Source of the DNA: an uncultured Woeseiaceae bacterium
Lineage (GTDB): Bacteria; Pseudomonadota; Gammaproteobacteria; Steroidobacterales; Woeseiaceae
Direction of reading: 5' to 3'
Assembly (NCBI GenBank): GCA_947259285.1
Contig: CAMYMR010000003.1
Location: forward strand, 318 to 64,317
Length of the DNA: 64,000 bases
In this document: positions 6,811-16,700 of the stretch, piece by piece
How positions within the stretch are numbered: the first letter of the stretch is position 1
Layout: each line of letters opens with the position of its first letter
Translations under genes and position numbers: made by a program
The notes under the pieces: generated by a model
Told to the model about the DNA's origin: nothing
Seen by the model: only the letters and a program-made list of their open reading frames with translations
The model's database searches: none

Positions 6811-7739
6811 TCGTCAATCTCCGCGGCGCTTTGCAGCCGGTCTTCCGGCGCTTTGGCAAGCAACAGATTAAGCAGCATCTGGTATTTCGCCAGCCGCTTG
6901 GGCAGCAATGGTATCGCCGCCATGGCGTGTCTGAAAATGATGCCCATGGCCGAGCCCGCCGTAAACGGTTTCTCGCCAGTGAGCATTTCGTAAAAGATCA
7001 CGCCAAGGCTGTATATATCGCTACGCTCGTCGGCACCCGTGCCGTGTCCCTGCTCGGGGCTCATGTAGTAAGGCGTTCCGAATATCTCGCCTTTGTCGGT
7101 GATCTCGCTCTCCAGGCGTGCGCGCTTTGCGAGGCCGAAATCGATGAGGCCTATCGTTCCGTCTTTGCGCAGCATGATATTGCCGGGCTTGAGATCTCGA
7201 TGCAGCACGCCCTGCCCGTGCACTGCCGCCAGCGCGCTGGCGATCTGGCGCAGGTAGCTTACGGCGTCGTCCGTCTCAATACCCGCGTCGATCTTGCTTC
7301 GCAAGTCACCACCGTCGAGGTACTCCATCGCGATGTGCGCGTGATCGTCGGCTACGCCCAGGTCATATATCTTTACGATGTGGGGATGATTCATTTCCGC
7401 GATCGTTTCGTACTCCTGCAGAAAACGATCAAATGCGCCGATAGTGGCATCGTTCAGCGTCGGCTGGCGCAGGACCTTCAAGGCGACCGGCAACTCGTCG
7501 ACTTCACGTTCGGCCAGGTACACACCGGAATACTCGGTGGAAGCAAGCTTTTTTACGAAACGATAGCCTTTTATCAGCGGATGTACGCCGGTCCTCAAGT
7601 CACCGACGAAAAGCATTTCCGTGGACACGCCATGGCGTCGTTCGACCAGCAGGTCGGTCAGCCGAACCATCAGCGCCGAATGGTTGAATGCGTCTCGCGT
7701 AAAGTACGCGTCCGGCGACAGCTTCTGTACCGCGACCAA
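6801..7739 (-). CDS. Eukaryotic-like Ser/Thr protein kinase (kinase-domain ORF; see the upstream receiver-like ORF)
   Basis: VALKVL, HRDLKPGNIML, DFGLAK and GTPYYMSPEQ are present. The track start is a TTG, and the frame is open upstream to 7781. Confidence 0.85.
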   Translation of the reverse strand: MVAVQKLSPDAYFTRDAFNHSALMVRLTDLLVERRHGVSTEMLFVGDLRTGVHPLIKGYRFVKKLASTEYSGVYLAEREVDELPVALKVLRQPTLNDATIGAFDRFLQEYETIAEMNHPHIVKIYDLGVADDHAHIAMEYLDGGDLRSKIDAGIETDDAVSYLRQIASALAAVHGQGVLHRDLKPGNIMLRKDGTIGLIDFGLAKRARLESEITDKGEIFGTPYYMSPEQGHGTGADERSDIYSLGVIFYEMLTGEKPFTAGSAMGIIFRHAMAAIPLLPKRLAKYQMLLNLLLAKAPEDRLQSAAEIDEWL

Positions 7740-7941
7740 TTCCTCGTCCGCGCTCCTCGCCGTGACGGTTACCGAGCAGAATCAGGTCGTTGCCGGCGCC
7801 CGAGAATTCGTCCGGAAGGTGTCCGGACTCACTGGGATCGTAGGCCGTCACGATCGCTTCCGGCCAGTGCGACATGACGTGATAGGTCAGCAGCCGGCGG
7901 AACTCCGCCTGCGCGTCGATGATCATCACCCGAATGCTCAT
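7600..7941 (-). CDS. Receiver-like N-terminal ORF, probably the frameshifted 5' part of the kinase gene
   Basis: MSIRVMIIDAQAEFRRLLTYHVM...AIVTAYDP...NDLILLG follows the CheY-like strand/helix pattern, with G in place of the acceptor Asp. It then decays into R/G-rich sequence and overlaps the kinase frame out of frame. Confidence 0.4.
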   Translation of the reverse strand: MSIRVMIIDAQAEFRRLLTYHVMSHWPEAIVTAYDPSESGHLPDEFSGAGNDLILLGNRHGEERGRGIGRGTEAVAGRVLYARRIQPFGADGSADRPAGRTTPWRVHGNAFRR

Positions 7942-7987
7942 ACGCGACTAGCTGCGCGCGCGGATTATGCCGCGATCGCGAATGCCG

Positions 7988-9499
7988 CTAAAGCGCGACA
8001 ACGTTCGACGCCCGCGATTCCTTCTGATGTCGAGACTGCTTGGCGGCGTCATTACGGCGCAGCTCGAGTTCATGCAAATATTCCTGTGTGACATCGCCCG
8101 TCACGTATTCACCCGAGAAACAGGAGGTATCGAACTCACGGATGGCGGAGTTACCATGCCGCACCGAGCGAATCAGGCCGTGCAGGTCCTGGTAAATCAG
8201 CCGGTCGGCTCCGATGAGTTCCTGAATCTCCTCGACCGTTCTGCCGTTTGCGATCAGCTCCGACGCGGCCGGCATGTCGATGCCGTAGACATTCGGGTGC
8301 CGCACCGGCGGCGCGGCAGACGCAAAATACACCTTTCTTGCACCCGCCTCGCGCGCGAGCTTGATGATCTGCTGCGACGTCGTGCCGCGAACGATCGAGT
8401 CGTCCACCAGCAGCACATTCTTCTTGCGGAATTCTAGGCTGATCGCATTCAACTTTCGCCGCACCGACTGCGCGCGCTCCGCCTGTCCCGGCATAATGAA
8501 TGTCCGCCCGATGTATCGGTTCTTGATAAAGCCTTCGCGATACTTGACGCCGAGGTGATAGGCTACCTGCAGGGCGGCCGTGCGACTCGTGTCCGGGATA
8601 GGAATGACCACATCGATGTCGTGGTCCGGGAAATCGCGCACGATCTTTCCGGCCAGCTGCTCGCCCATTCGCAGCCGTGCCTTGTAAACCGACAGATCGT
8701 CGAGGATGCTGTCCGGCCGCGCGAAATAGACGTATTCAAATATGCAGGGCGTATGGCGCGTCTCGCCGCCGAACGCGCGGCTGTGTATTGCGCCACTGTT
8801 CTCAATGTAGACACATTCGCCGGGACTTACATCGCGCACGCGCTTGAACTGCAGCGCGTCAAGCGCGACGCTCTCAGAGGCGACCATGTATTCCTTACGC
8901 GACTTCGACTTGCGCTGTCCGAGCACGAGTGGCCGGATCCCGTTCGGGTCGCGGAAGGCGACGATACCGAAACCTATGATCATGGCGACGACGGCGTAGC
9001 CACCCGTGCAGCGCCTGTGCACGGCCGCGACGGCATCGAAAATATTGTCGGCGGTTGGGTAGCCGTCGACTACCCTCTGCAGCTCGTGGGCGAACACGTT
9101 AAGCAAGACTTCCGAGTCCGAATTGGTACTCAGGTGACGGCGGTCTTTGTCGATCAGAAGCTCGGCAAGCTCATCGAAATTGGTGAGATTTCCGTTATGC
9201 GCGAGACAGATGCCGTAGGGTGAATTGACATAGAAAGGCTGCGCCTCCGAGGATTTCGAACCGCCGGCTGTCGGGTAGCGAACATGGCCAATGCCCACGT
9301 GTCCGGCCAGCCGCATCATGTGCCGACTGCGAAATACGTCCCGCACCAGGCCGTTACTCTTGCGCTGCGCCAGCCCGTCCTGCTCGCTCCACGTCACGAT
9401 ACCGGCAGCATCCTGACCGCGGTGCTGCATCACCGTCAATGCGTTATAAAGATCCTGGTTAACGGCTTGTGCACCGACAATTCCGACAACGCCACACAT
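7988..9499 (-). CDS. purF: Amidophosphoribosyltransferase
   Basis: [10 protein letters not shown]-terminal nucleophile and a PRTase motif ([13 protein letters not shown]), in cvpA-purF context. Confidence 0.95.
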   Translation of the reverse strand: MCGVVGIVGAQAVNQDLYNALTVMQHRGQDAAGIVTWSEQDGLAQRKSNGLVRDVFRSRHMMRLAGHVGIGHVRYPTAGGSKSSEAQPFYVNSPYGICLAHNGNLTNFDELAELLIDKDRRHLSTNSDSEVLLNVFAHELQRVVDGYPTADNIFDAVAAVHRRCTGGYAVVAMIIGFGIVAFRDPNGIRPLVLGQRKSKSRKEYMVASESVALDALQFKRVRDVSPGECVYIENSGAIHSRAFGGETRHTPCIFEYVYFARPDSILDDLSVYKARLRMGEQLAGKIVRDFPDHDIDVVIPIPDTSRTAALQVAYHLGVKYREGFIKNRYIGRTFIMPGQAERAQSVRRKLNAISLEFRKKNVLLVDDSIVRGTTSQQIIKLAREAGARKVYFASAAPPVRHPNVYGIDMPAASELIANGRTVEEIQELIGADRLIYQDLHGLIRSVRHGNSAIREFDTSCFSGEYVTGDVTQEYLHELELRRNDAAKQSRHQKESRASNVVAL

Positions 9500-9520
9500 A
9501 GCATCTAGTCTCCGCGACCG

Positions 9521-10093
9521 TCAGGTCGACTCAGGGTTAATAAGTTCTTCCGGGATGCCGACGGGCAGCGAGCTTGCCTCCTCGTCCGGCATCAGCAATT
9601 CCAGCCCTTGGGGCGCCATTACCTTGATCCATTCGGCCACAACTTCGACGTGCGGAATCAGGCGTGAGTTTAGCCACCAATCGTCATTGTCGAAACCGGC
9701 AAACTGGCCACCGATGATTAACACGGCTAGCAGCAAGACCCCCCGTACGGCGCCAAACAGTGAACCGAGCAAGCGATCCATGCCGCTCAGCACCGACATG
9801 CGCACCAGCTTCGACACTCCCCATCCCAGCAGTCCGCCGACGGACAGGATAATGGCAAATACGAGAACCCGGCCGAACCACATTTGCAGCGCCTCCGAGC
9901 TCAGCCAGCTCGAGGACACGTTGCCCATGGCGGGACCGAAATACAGGGCAGCCCAAATGGCGACCAAAAGGGCCGCAGTTGAGATCGATTCTTTGACGAA
10001 ACCGCGCACGATTCCAACGATGATTGAGACCACAAGTGCAGCCGCGATGATAATGTCGATTGTCGGCATCAGGGACGTCGTGTCAGCTGGCAA
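9521..10093 (-). CDS. cvpA: CvpA-family membrane protein (colicin V production protein)
   Basis: 190-aa multi-TM protein directly upstream of purF, as in enterics and Pseudomonas. Confidence 0.85.
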   Translation of the reverse strand: MPADTTSLMPTIDIIIAAALVVSIIVGIVRGFVKESISTAALLVAIWAALYFGPAMGNVSSSWLSSEALQMWFGRVLVFAIILSVGGLLGWGVSKLVRMSVLSGMDRLLGSLFGAVRGVLLLAVLIIGGQFAGFDNDDWWLNSRLIPHVEVVAEWIKVMAPQGLELLMPDEEASSLPVGIPEELINPEST

Positions 10094-10123
10094 CAGAGTG
10101 GGAAATCGAGGGACCGGATTCTA

Positions 10124-10729
10124 TCACGGGTGCGGAACAACCTGCCCTTTGTGCCCGACCTTCAGAAGTCGACCGGCCATGGCTTCAGCGCTCTCGCGGT
10201 CTTTTTGCGGCCCAATCCGCACGCGGTGCAATTGGCCTGAATCGGTCGCGAGCTGGCTCAGGAACGCCGCGTAACCCTGTTTGCGCAGGTCGGCCGCCAG
10301 CTTCTCCGCATTTTCCTTGTTCGAGAAACTACCGAGCTGCACCGCCCACATGCCGGTCGGTGAAGCCGCTGGCGCTGCCTCTTGCTCTGGCTTCGTGATT
10401 ACGGCAGCGGGCGGCGGCGCCTTCTCAGGCTGTTCTTCCGATGCCGACGGCGCTGGCGTCTCTTTAGTCTGCGGCTGAGCGGGCTTGGACTCCGATGCCT
10501 GTGGTACGGCCCCCCCCGAATCGCTGGCCGGCGGCACAGGCTCGGTTCGGTTTCGCTCCAGCACAACGGTCTGCGTACTTTGCGCGTCCTGACCCGGCAG
10601 CAAGACACGCTCCGAGACCACGTCATTGTCGTTCGGCGGACCGTCGAGAAAGATGGGAACGACCAGGACCACAAACAACACAAGTATGGCGGCGCCGATG
10701 ATGCGTTCTTTCAAAGCTCGTTCCATCAT
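10124..10729 (-). CDS. SPOR domain-containing protein (DedD-like position)
   Basis: N-terminal TM segment, a Pro/Ala/Glu-rich linker, and a C-terminal SPOR-like WAVQLGSFSNKENAEKLAADLRKQGYAAF...HRVRIGP. Confidence 0.8.
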   Translation of the reverse strand: MMERALKERIIGAAILVLFVVLVVPIFLDGPPNDNDVVSERVLLPGQDAQSTQTVVLERNRTEPVPPASDSGGAVPQASESKPAQPQTKETPAPSASEEQPEKAPPPAAVITKPEQEAAPAASPTGMWAVQLGSFSNKENAEKLAADLRKQGYAAFLSQLATDSGQLHRVRIGPQKDRESAEAMAGRLLKVGHKGQVVPHP

Positions 10730-12015
10730 GATTGGGGTCGCGAGTATAGCTCAAGCGTCTGCAGCGCGGGACCCACTACGAAGAATGAGCCCGTCACCAG
10801 TATTGTGTCATTATCCGATACATTGCGCCGCGCAAATTCCATCGCATCAGCTATCGATTCACTGATTCGGCACGGTCGGCCGCATGCATTTGCGATCTGG
10901 CGCGCGAGTTCATCCGCGGGGACGGCGCGCGGACTGCGGGCGGTTACGGCGATCCAGTGGTCGACCACATCGTTCAGCGCAGAGGCGATCCCGGACGCAT
11001 CCTTGTCGTCCAGTGCGCCGGCTATCGCCCATAGCTTCCCTGTCGCCCGCTGCGACGCGAGCGTCTCCGCGAGTGCCGCCGCGCCCGCGGGATTGTGCGC
11101 GACATCAAGCAGCCAGTTAACGCCGGCGGATTGGACGGCCTGCTGCCGCCCGGTGAGCGCTACGGTCGGCAAAATACGGTTCAGCCGGCCGTGCTCCAGT
11201 GCGTCGTGCAATCCCGTGGCCTCGATTAGCGCAAGTACCGCGGCCGCGTTTCCGACCTGAAAGGCTCCCCGCAAACCGGGCGGCGGCAATGATCGCCTTT
11301 CGATTGACTGGCCCTTCCAGCTCCACGTGCTATCGGAGTCGACCCGGTAGTCGAAGTCGCGGCCAACGAGTAGTAACTTCGCTTCGGCAATGTCCGCCTG
11401 TTGCAACAATGAACTGGGTACATCGCGGGAACCAAACACAGTGGGTACGTTGGGCCTCATGATGCCGGCTTTCTCGGACGCGATCGTCTCGATGTCGTCA
11501 CCCAGCCACTCGCAGTGGTCGAGCGAAACGTTGGTGATCAGTGATGCGGTCGGTTCGATTGCGTTGCAGGCGTCGAGCCGCCCGCCGAGGCCAACCTCCA
11601 GTACCCACACATCCAGATTGGATGCCGCAAAAACCACCATCGCCGCCAGGGTGCCGTACTCAAAATATGTCAACGGCAGGCCGTCTCGCGCGCGTTCGAC
11701 GCTTTCGAAGGCGGCGACAATCGCATCGTCGGTCGCCGCCGTGCCGGCAACGGCGATGCGCTCGTTGTAACGAAGAATATGCGGTGACGTATACGTGCCG
11801 ACGCGATTGCCTGCATCCGACAGCAGCGCATCGATCATGGCAACGCTGGAACCCTTGCCGTTGGTGCCCCCGATCAGGAGCACGTGGGCGGGTCGATCCA
11901 GCGACAGACGATCGAGGACCGCCTGCACGCGCTCGAGACCGAGATCAATCTCTTTGGCCGACAGCGTCTCGAGCAAGGTCAGCCAATCGGACAGAGACGA
12001 ACCGGCGGGCAGCAT
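10726..12015 (-). CDS. folC: Bifunctional folylpolyglutamate synthase / dihydrofolate synthase
   Basis: Mur-ligase P-loop GGTNGKGS, 429 aa, located between accD and the SPOR gene. Confidence 0.9.
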   Translation of the reverse strand: MLPAGSSLSDWLTLLETLSAKEIDLGLERVQAVLDRLSLDRPAHVLLIGGTNGKGSSVAMIDALLSDAGNRVGTYTSPHILRYNERIAVAGTAATDDAIVAAFESVERARDGLPLTYFEYGTLAAMVVFAASNLDVWVLEVGLGGRLDACNAIEPTASLITNVSLDHCEWLGDDIETIASEKAGIMRPNVPTVFGSRDVPSSLLQQADIAEAKLLLVGRDFDYRVDSDSTWSWKGQSIERRSLPPPGLRGAFQVGNAAAVLALIEATGLHDALEHGRLNRILPTVALTGRQQAVQSAGVNWLLDVAHNPAGAAALAETLASQRATGKLWAIAGALDDKDASGIASALNDVVDHWIAVTARSPRAVPADELARQIANACGRPCRISESIADAMEFARRNVSDNDTILVTGSFFVVGPALQTLELYSRPQS

Positions 12016-12054
12016 CGTTTTGTCGTACCCCGTTGACGCGATCGCGATTGAAAA

Positions 12055-12924
12055 CTACGCAGCAGGTACGGGGCTTGGACGACCTTCGAATTTCGCCAAT
12101 AGGTCGGCGATCGCTTCGCGCATTTTTCGACGATCAACGATCATATCGATCGCCCCATGATCCTTCAGGAATTCGCTGCGCTGAAATCCCTCCGGCAGAC
12201 TCTGACCCACGGTCTGTTCGATCACGCGCGGTCCTGCGAATCCAATCAGCGCTTGTGGCTCGGCAATATTGACATCGCCGAGCATTGCAAGGCTTGCGGA
12301 AACACCGCCTGTCGTCGGATCCGTCAGTACCGATACATACGGGATACCCTTGGTGCCGAGATCAGCGAGCGCCGCCGACGTCTTCGCCATCTGCAGCAAC
12401 GAGAATAACGCCTCCTGCATGCGCGCCCCGCCGCTGGCGGAAAAGCAGATCAGCGGCATGTTGTTTTCGGCCGCGTGCCTTGCCGCGCGGGCAAAACGCT
12501 CGCCGACGACAGAGCCCATGGAGCCCCCCATGAAGCTGAACTCGAACGCGCAGGCGACTATGGGGCGTCCGAACAGCGTACCGGTTGCGCTGACCAGCGC
12601 ATCCTTTTCACCGGTCTTTTTCTGCGATGCCGACAGGCGATCCCGATAGCGCTTGCTGTCACGAAACTTGAGCGGATCTTCCGGTTCCAGGTTGGCCGAT
12701 AACTCCTGCTGCGAATCCGGATCCAGGAAATAATCGAGGCGTTTTCTTGCACCAATACGTATGTGGTAATCGCATTTGGGACAGACCTGAACATTGCGTT
12801 CCAGCTCGTTTCGGTAGAGCTGCGCGTCGCAGGCCGGGCACTTGATCCAGACGCCTTCCGGCACCGACTTCGTGCGCTTCTCGGTGCTGATACGCGACGG
12901 CATCAATTTTTCAAACCAGCTCAT
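12055..12924 (-). CDS. accD: Acetyl-CoA carboxylase carboxyltransferase subunit beta
   Basis: Start chosen at ATG 12924 ([12 protein letters not shown]). Zinc ribbon CPACDAQLY...CPKCDYH is followed by the carboxyltransferase domain. Confidence 0.92.
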   Translation of the reverse strand: MSWFEKLMPSRISTEKRTKSVPEGVWIKCPACDAQLYRNELERNVQVCPKCDYHIRIGARKRLDYFLDPDSQQELSANLEPEDPLKFRDSKRYRDRLSASQKKTGEKDALVSATGTLFGRPIVACAFEFSFMGGSMGSVVGERFARAARHAAENNMPLICFSASGGARMQEALFSLLQMAKTSAALADLGTKGIPYVSVLTDPTTGGVSASLAMLGDVNIAEPQALIGFAGPRVIEQTVGQSLPEGFQRSEFLKDHGAIDMIVDRRKMREAIADLLAKFEGRPSPVPAA

Positions 12925-12949
12925 TTCAACATGATATCCATATAGCGAT

Positions 12950-13738
12950 TCAACGGCCAGCTGCACGCCAACCGTAGTCGACAGGCTTGGGAATGTTGTA
13001 CGAGGCAGGATAGTCGACCGACACCAAAGTCAACCCATGCGGCGGCGCAGCTATGCCGCCGGCGGTGCGGTCCCGCCGACGCAGGACCTCGACCGCCCAT
13101 GCGAGTTCTTGTTCGCCGAGACCGATTGCCACCAGCGTGCCGGCTATGTTGCGAACCATATGCTGCAGGAACGCGTTCGCCGTGACCTCGAGCGTGATCC
13201 AGTCCCCGTCGCGATCCACAGTGACATGAGTAATCTCACGAACGGCCGAGGACGCCTGGCAGCCCGCCGCCCGAAACGCCGAGAAATCATGTCGACCGAG
13301 CAGGTGCTGGGACGCCTCGCGCATTGCATCGGCATCGAGCGGCTGATACACCCACCAGGCACGGTCTCGATACAAGGCCGATCGCTGCAGGCGATTGAGT
13401 ATTCGGTATCGGTAGCTGCGGGCAGTCGCGCTGAAACGCGCATGAAAGGAGTCGTCGACAGGCTGCACCCAGGTCACACTGATATCGTCCGGCAGGCTGC
13501 TGTTCGCGCCCAACAGCCACCCTCGTCGACTGCGCTCGCTTGACGTATCAAAGTGGACAACCTGCCCGGTTGCATGCACGCCGGTATCGGTGCGGCCCGC
13601 ACAAACGACCTCCACGACTTCGTTGGCTACGGTTGCGAGTGCTTCTTCGAGACGTTGTTGCACACCGAGACCGGTCTTCTGACGCTGCCAGCCGTTGTAC
13701 CCCGTCCCGTCGTATTCGATGCCGAGCGCGATGCGAAT
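12950..13738 (-). CDS. truA: tRNA pseudouridine(38-40) synthase, with a probable non-canonical ATT start
   Basis: The track ORF starts at GTG 13663. The in-frame upstream codons encode the conserved N-terminus (I)[19 protein letters not shown]. The only start-like codon after the in-frame TGA (13757..13759) is ATT at 13738. The catalytic GRTDTGVHA motif is present. Confidence 0.8.
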   Translation of the reverse strand: MRIALGIEYDGTGYNGWQRQKTGLGVQQRLEEALATVANEVVEVVCAGRTDTGVHATGQVVHFDTSSERSRRGWLLGANSSLPDDISVTWVQPVDDSFHARFSATARSYRYRILNRLQRSALYRDRAWWVYQPLDADAMREASQHLLGRHDFSAFRAAGCQASSAVREITHVTVDRDGDWITLEVTANAFLQHMVRNIAGTLVAIGLGEQELAWAVEVLRRRDRTAGGIAAPPHGLTLVSVDYPASYNIPKPVDYGWRAAGR

Positions 13739-13756
13739 AGTAGCGCCTGCTACTGG

Positions 13757-16700
13757 TCAGCTGGGCAGTGAATCGAGCAGCTGCTGCGCCTGTTGACGCT
13801 GACCCTCGTCGCCTTCGTCGAGAACTTCTTCGAGAATGCTGCGCGCCCCGGCCGGATCACCCATGTCGACGTAGGCGCGCGCCAGGTCGAGCTTTGTCCC
13901 GACCTCGGTCATGGTTCGCGCCTCATGCAAATCGTCGCTGATATCCTCGGGACCAAGCGACATCGTTTCGGCAGATTCTCCGGCCATCGAAGGCCGGGGC
14001 TGCTCGACGGTCGCATCGTCGCGAACCTGGTCGATGGTATCGCCGGCTTCGCTGAGCTTTAACGCAGCCGTCAGATCGTCAAGTTCCGAATCATCGGCGT
14101 CGAGATCCATCGCGGGCATGGCGCCTGTTTCGTCGATCTCGATATCCATGCTCGGCATGTCACCTGTTTCATCGATCTCGATGTCCATGCTCGGCATGTC
14201 GCCCGTCTCATCGATTTCGGCCTCCATCGTGGGCATCTCGCCCGTCGCATCGGCCTCCAGACTCTCAAATGCCTCGGACGGCAGCGCCTCGGTTTTGGCG
14301 AAGTCGAAGTCTTCGCTGTCGTCGCCCGACGACGCGAGCATCGTTGCCTCATCATCGCCCAGCTCTGCTCCAATATCCGCACCGGTTTCGACGGCCATCT
14401 CGTCACTGAGCACCTGGGTGAGGCCGGTGGCATCGAGCAGGCTTTCGTCAAGACTGACCTCTGTATCCGCCGTCGTATCGACCAATGGGTCAAGCGACGG
14501 ACTACGCCCGGTCTCATCAGCCGCCAGATTCATTTCGCCGGTCGACTCCAGGTCAAACAGTTCGCCGAGATCCGGGCCTTCTCGCACGCCGGTGGCATTC
14601 GGGTCTATTTCCGGGTTTTTACCCGTAATGGATCCGGTATCGGTAAACGCATCCTCCGCGAGCGCTTCGTTGGCTCCGGTCTCATCGATATCATCGAGCG
14701 ACGCCAGTTCGGTTTCGGCGAGTTCCTCGATACCGAGGTCGAGATCATCGAGATTAATCTCTGCGGTCTCGCCAACATCTTGGCCCGAATCGGCGGCCTC
14801 TTGCCCATGCGCGTCGTCCAGCGAAGGCAGTTCGGACGTGCCTTCGATGTCGCCGATCGGCTCTTCGACCGGCTGTTCGATCGTCGGGGTCTCGACAGTC
14901 GACTCTTGCGCCGGCATCTCGACGGTCTCCGGCGTTCCCTCCGCCTCAATGGTCGGCGTCTCGACGGTCGCCTCCTGCCCGGGCATCTCGACGGTCTCGA
15001 GCGTCCCCGACGCCTCAATGGTCGGACTCTCTGCGGTGGACTCGATATCAAGATCGAATTCATCATCGGCCGCGGCCTCGTCGAACAGGAAGTCCACGTC
15101 GCCGTCATCGCCGCCCTCTTCGGCACCAAGGTCGATGGCACCGGAATCGCCGCCGCTAACGCCAAAATCCATGTCGAGTGCGCCGGCGTCTCCACCGTCG
15201 GCCTCGAAAGCGAGGTCAACCGCTTTCGTCGCGCCGGCAACGCCGGCACCGGCGAATAGTTCATGATCCGCAGCAATCTGCTGGCCCATGATGACGATCT
15301 TGTCCCACTCACCGCCTTCGCCACCATCCGCCGTGGACTTCAGCTTGCTTGCCGCGTCGACAAACGCGTCGCGATTACCCCAGACGAAATAGATCTCGCA
15401 CAATTTCGACATCAGATCGGTATTTTCCGGATCCGTCTCGAGCGCGCCGTTAACCAGGTCCGCTGCCTGATCATAGAGGCCGTAGGCCATGTGAAAATCG
15501 GCTTCCGCGATCGGGTCCGTCTGATCCAAATTGACTGCGGTATCGCTGCTGAACGTATCCTCCAGCGATCCGAATTGTCCTGTGCCTTCAGCCGCCTCAT
15601 CCGTGGCGACCGGCATCTCAACCGTTTCATCGGTCTGTGGACGTATTGCCGAGTCCTGCTCGACGACCACGATCGCCTCTTCGGGCGTCGGCGCCTGCAT
15701 CGCTTCGGTCGCCGTTAGCGGATCCTCCGCCACCTCGTCGGAATCGAGGGCCTCCCATGGGCCCGCCTCGGCTTCCTCGCCGCCACTGCGGCGCATGAAC
15801 CAGAACAGCAAGCCAAGAACAACGATCAGCGCCGCTGCAATAATGGCCCAGATACTCGTCAGGGCGCCGACGATCCTATCGACAATGCCCGGCTCGGCCC
15901 GGGGGGTCGTCCTTACAACCGTCGAGGGCGCTTCCGTTTCGGCAGCGGCTTCGGCGTCAACCGCCGCGTCATCGACTACCTCGGTATCGACGACTGGCTC
16001 GTCCGGCTCGGCCATCACGTCGTCTATTGCTATCTCGTCGTCCGCTGCTTCGACATCCACATCCTCGGCAATCGTTTCGTCGGGGACTTCGGCCGGTGGC
16101 TCATAGACCTCGCCACGAATGTTGGCGAGTTCCTGGCGCAGTGTCGCGAGCTCGTTATCTCGAATCTCGAGCAGCGAGGGCTGATCCGGCACGTCGGCGG
16201 ATTCAAGCTCGTCAATGCGGTTCAGTATTTCCTCTTCTCGCGTCAACGGTTCCGAGGTGACAAGCTCATCGTCGTAGACGAGACCCTCGGGCTCTTCGTC
16301 AGGCGGCACCAGCGTGAGGCTTGGGCGGGTTTCCGGCGGCGGCGCCGTGTAACCGGTGCCACCAGACCATGCCTCGTTCTGCCGCTTCACCTCGCTGAAA
16401 GCGGTTCCGCTGCTGATCCGATACATTTCCTCGGCGCTCGGGAGCCGCAGTGCAGCACCCGCACGCAGCAGGTTGATATTGCCGCCAAACGCGCCCGGAT
16501 TGGCCTCGTAGATGGCCAGCATTGTCTGGTTCATCGTGAGACGGCTATCCGGACGTATGCGGCTTGCGATTCCCCACAGCGTATCGTTGCGCTGCACGAC
16601 GTAGTCGCCGCCTGCGCTGGTGTCATACGGCCGGTCATCAACGGGCGCACTGCTCGGCGCTTGCGACGGCCGTGGAGGCTGGCTCGCCGGACGAGCGGGT

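Noticed and set aside
6831-7877. 348-aa plus-strand ORF antisense to the Ser/Thr kinase
   Set aside because: This is a shadow ORF of a motif-rich kinase gene, with an R-rich and non-descript translation.
12925-12949. Absence of trpF between truA and accD as a possible deletion scar
   Set aside because: The expectation rests only on my memory of Pseudomonas synteny. The 25-nt spacer shows no remnant, and trpF can simply be located elsewhere.
14105-14260. Regular 39-nt repeats as a possible CRISPR array
   Set aside because: The repeats are directly tandem with no spacers. They are in frame and translate into the acidic repeat region of FimV. There are no cas genes in the window.
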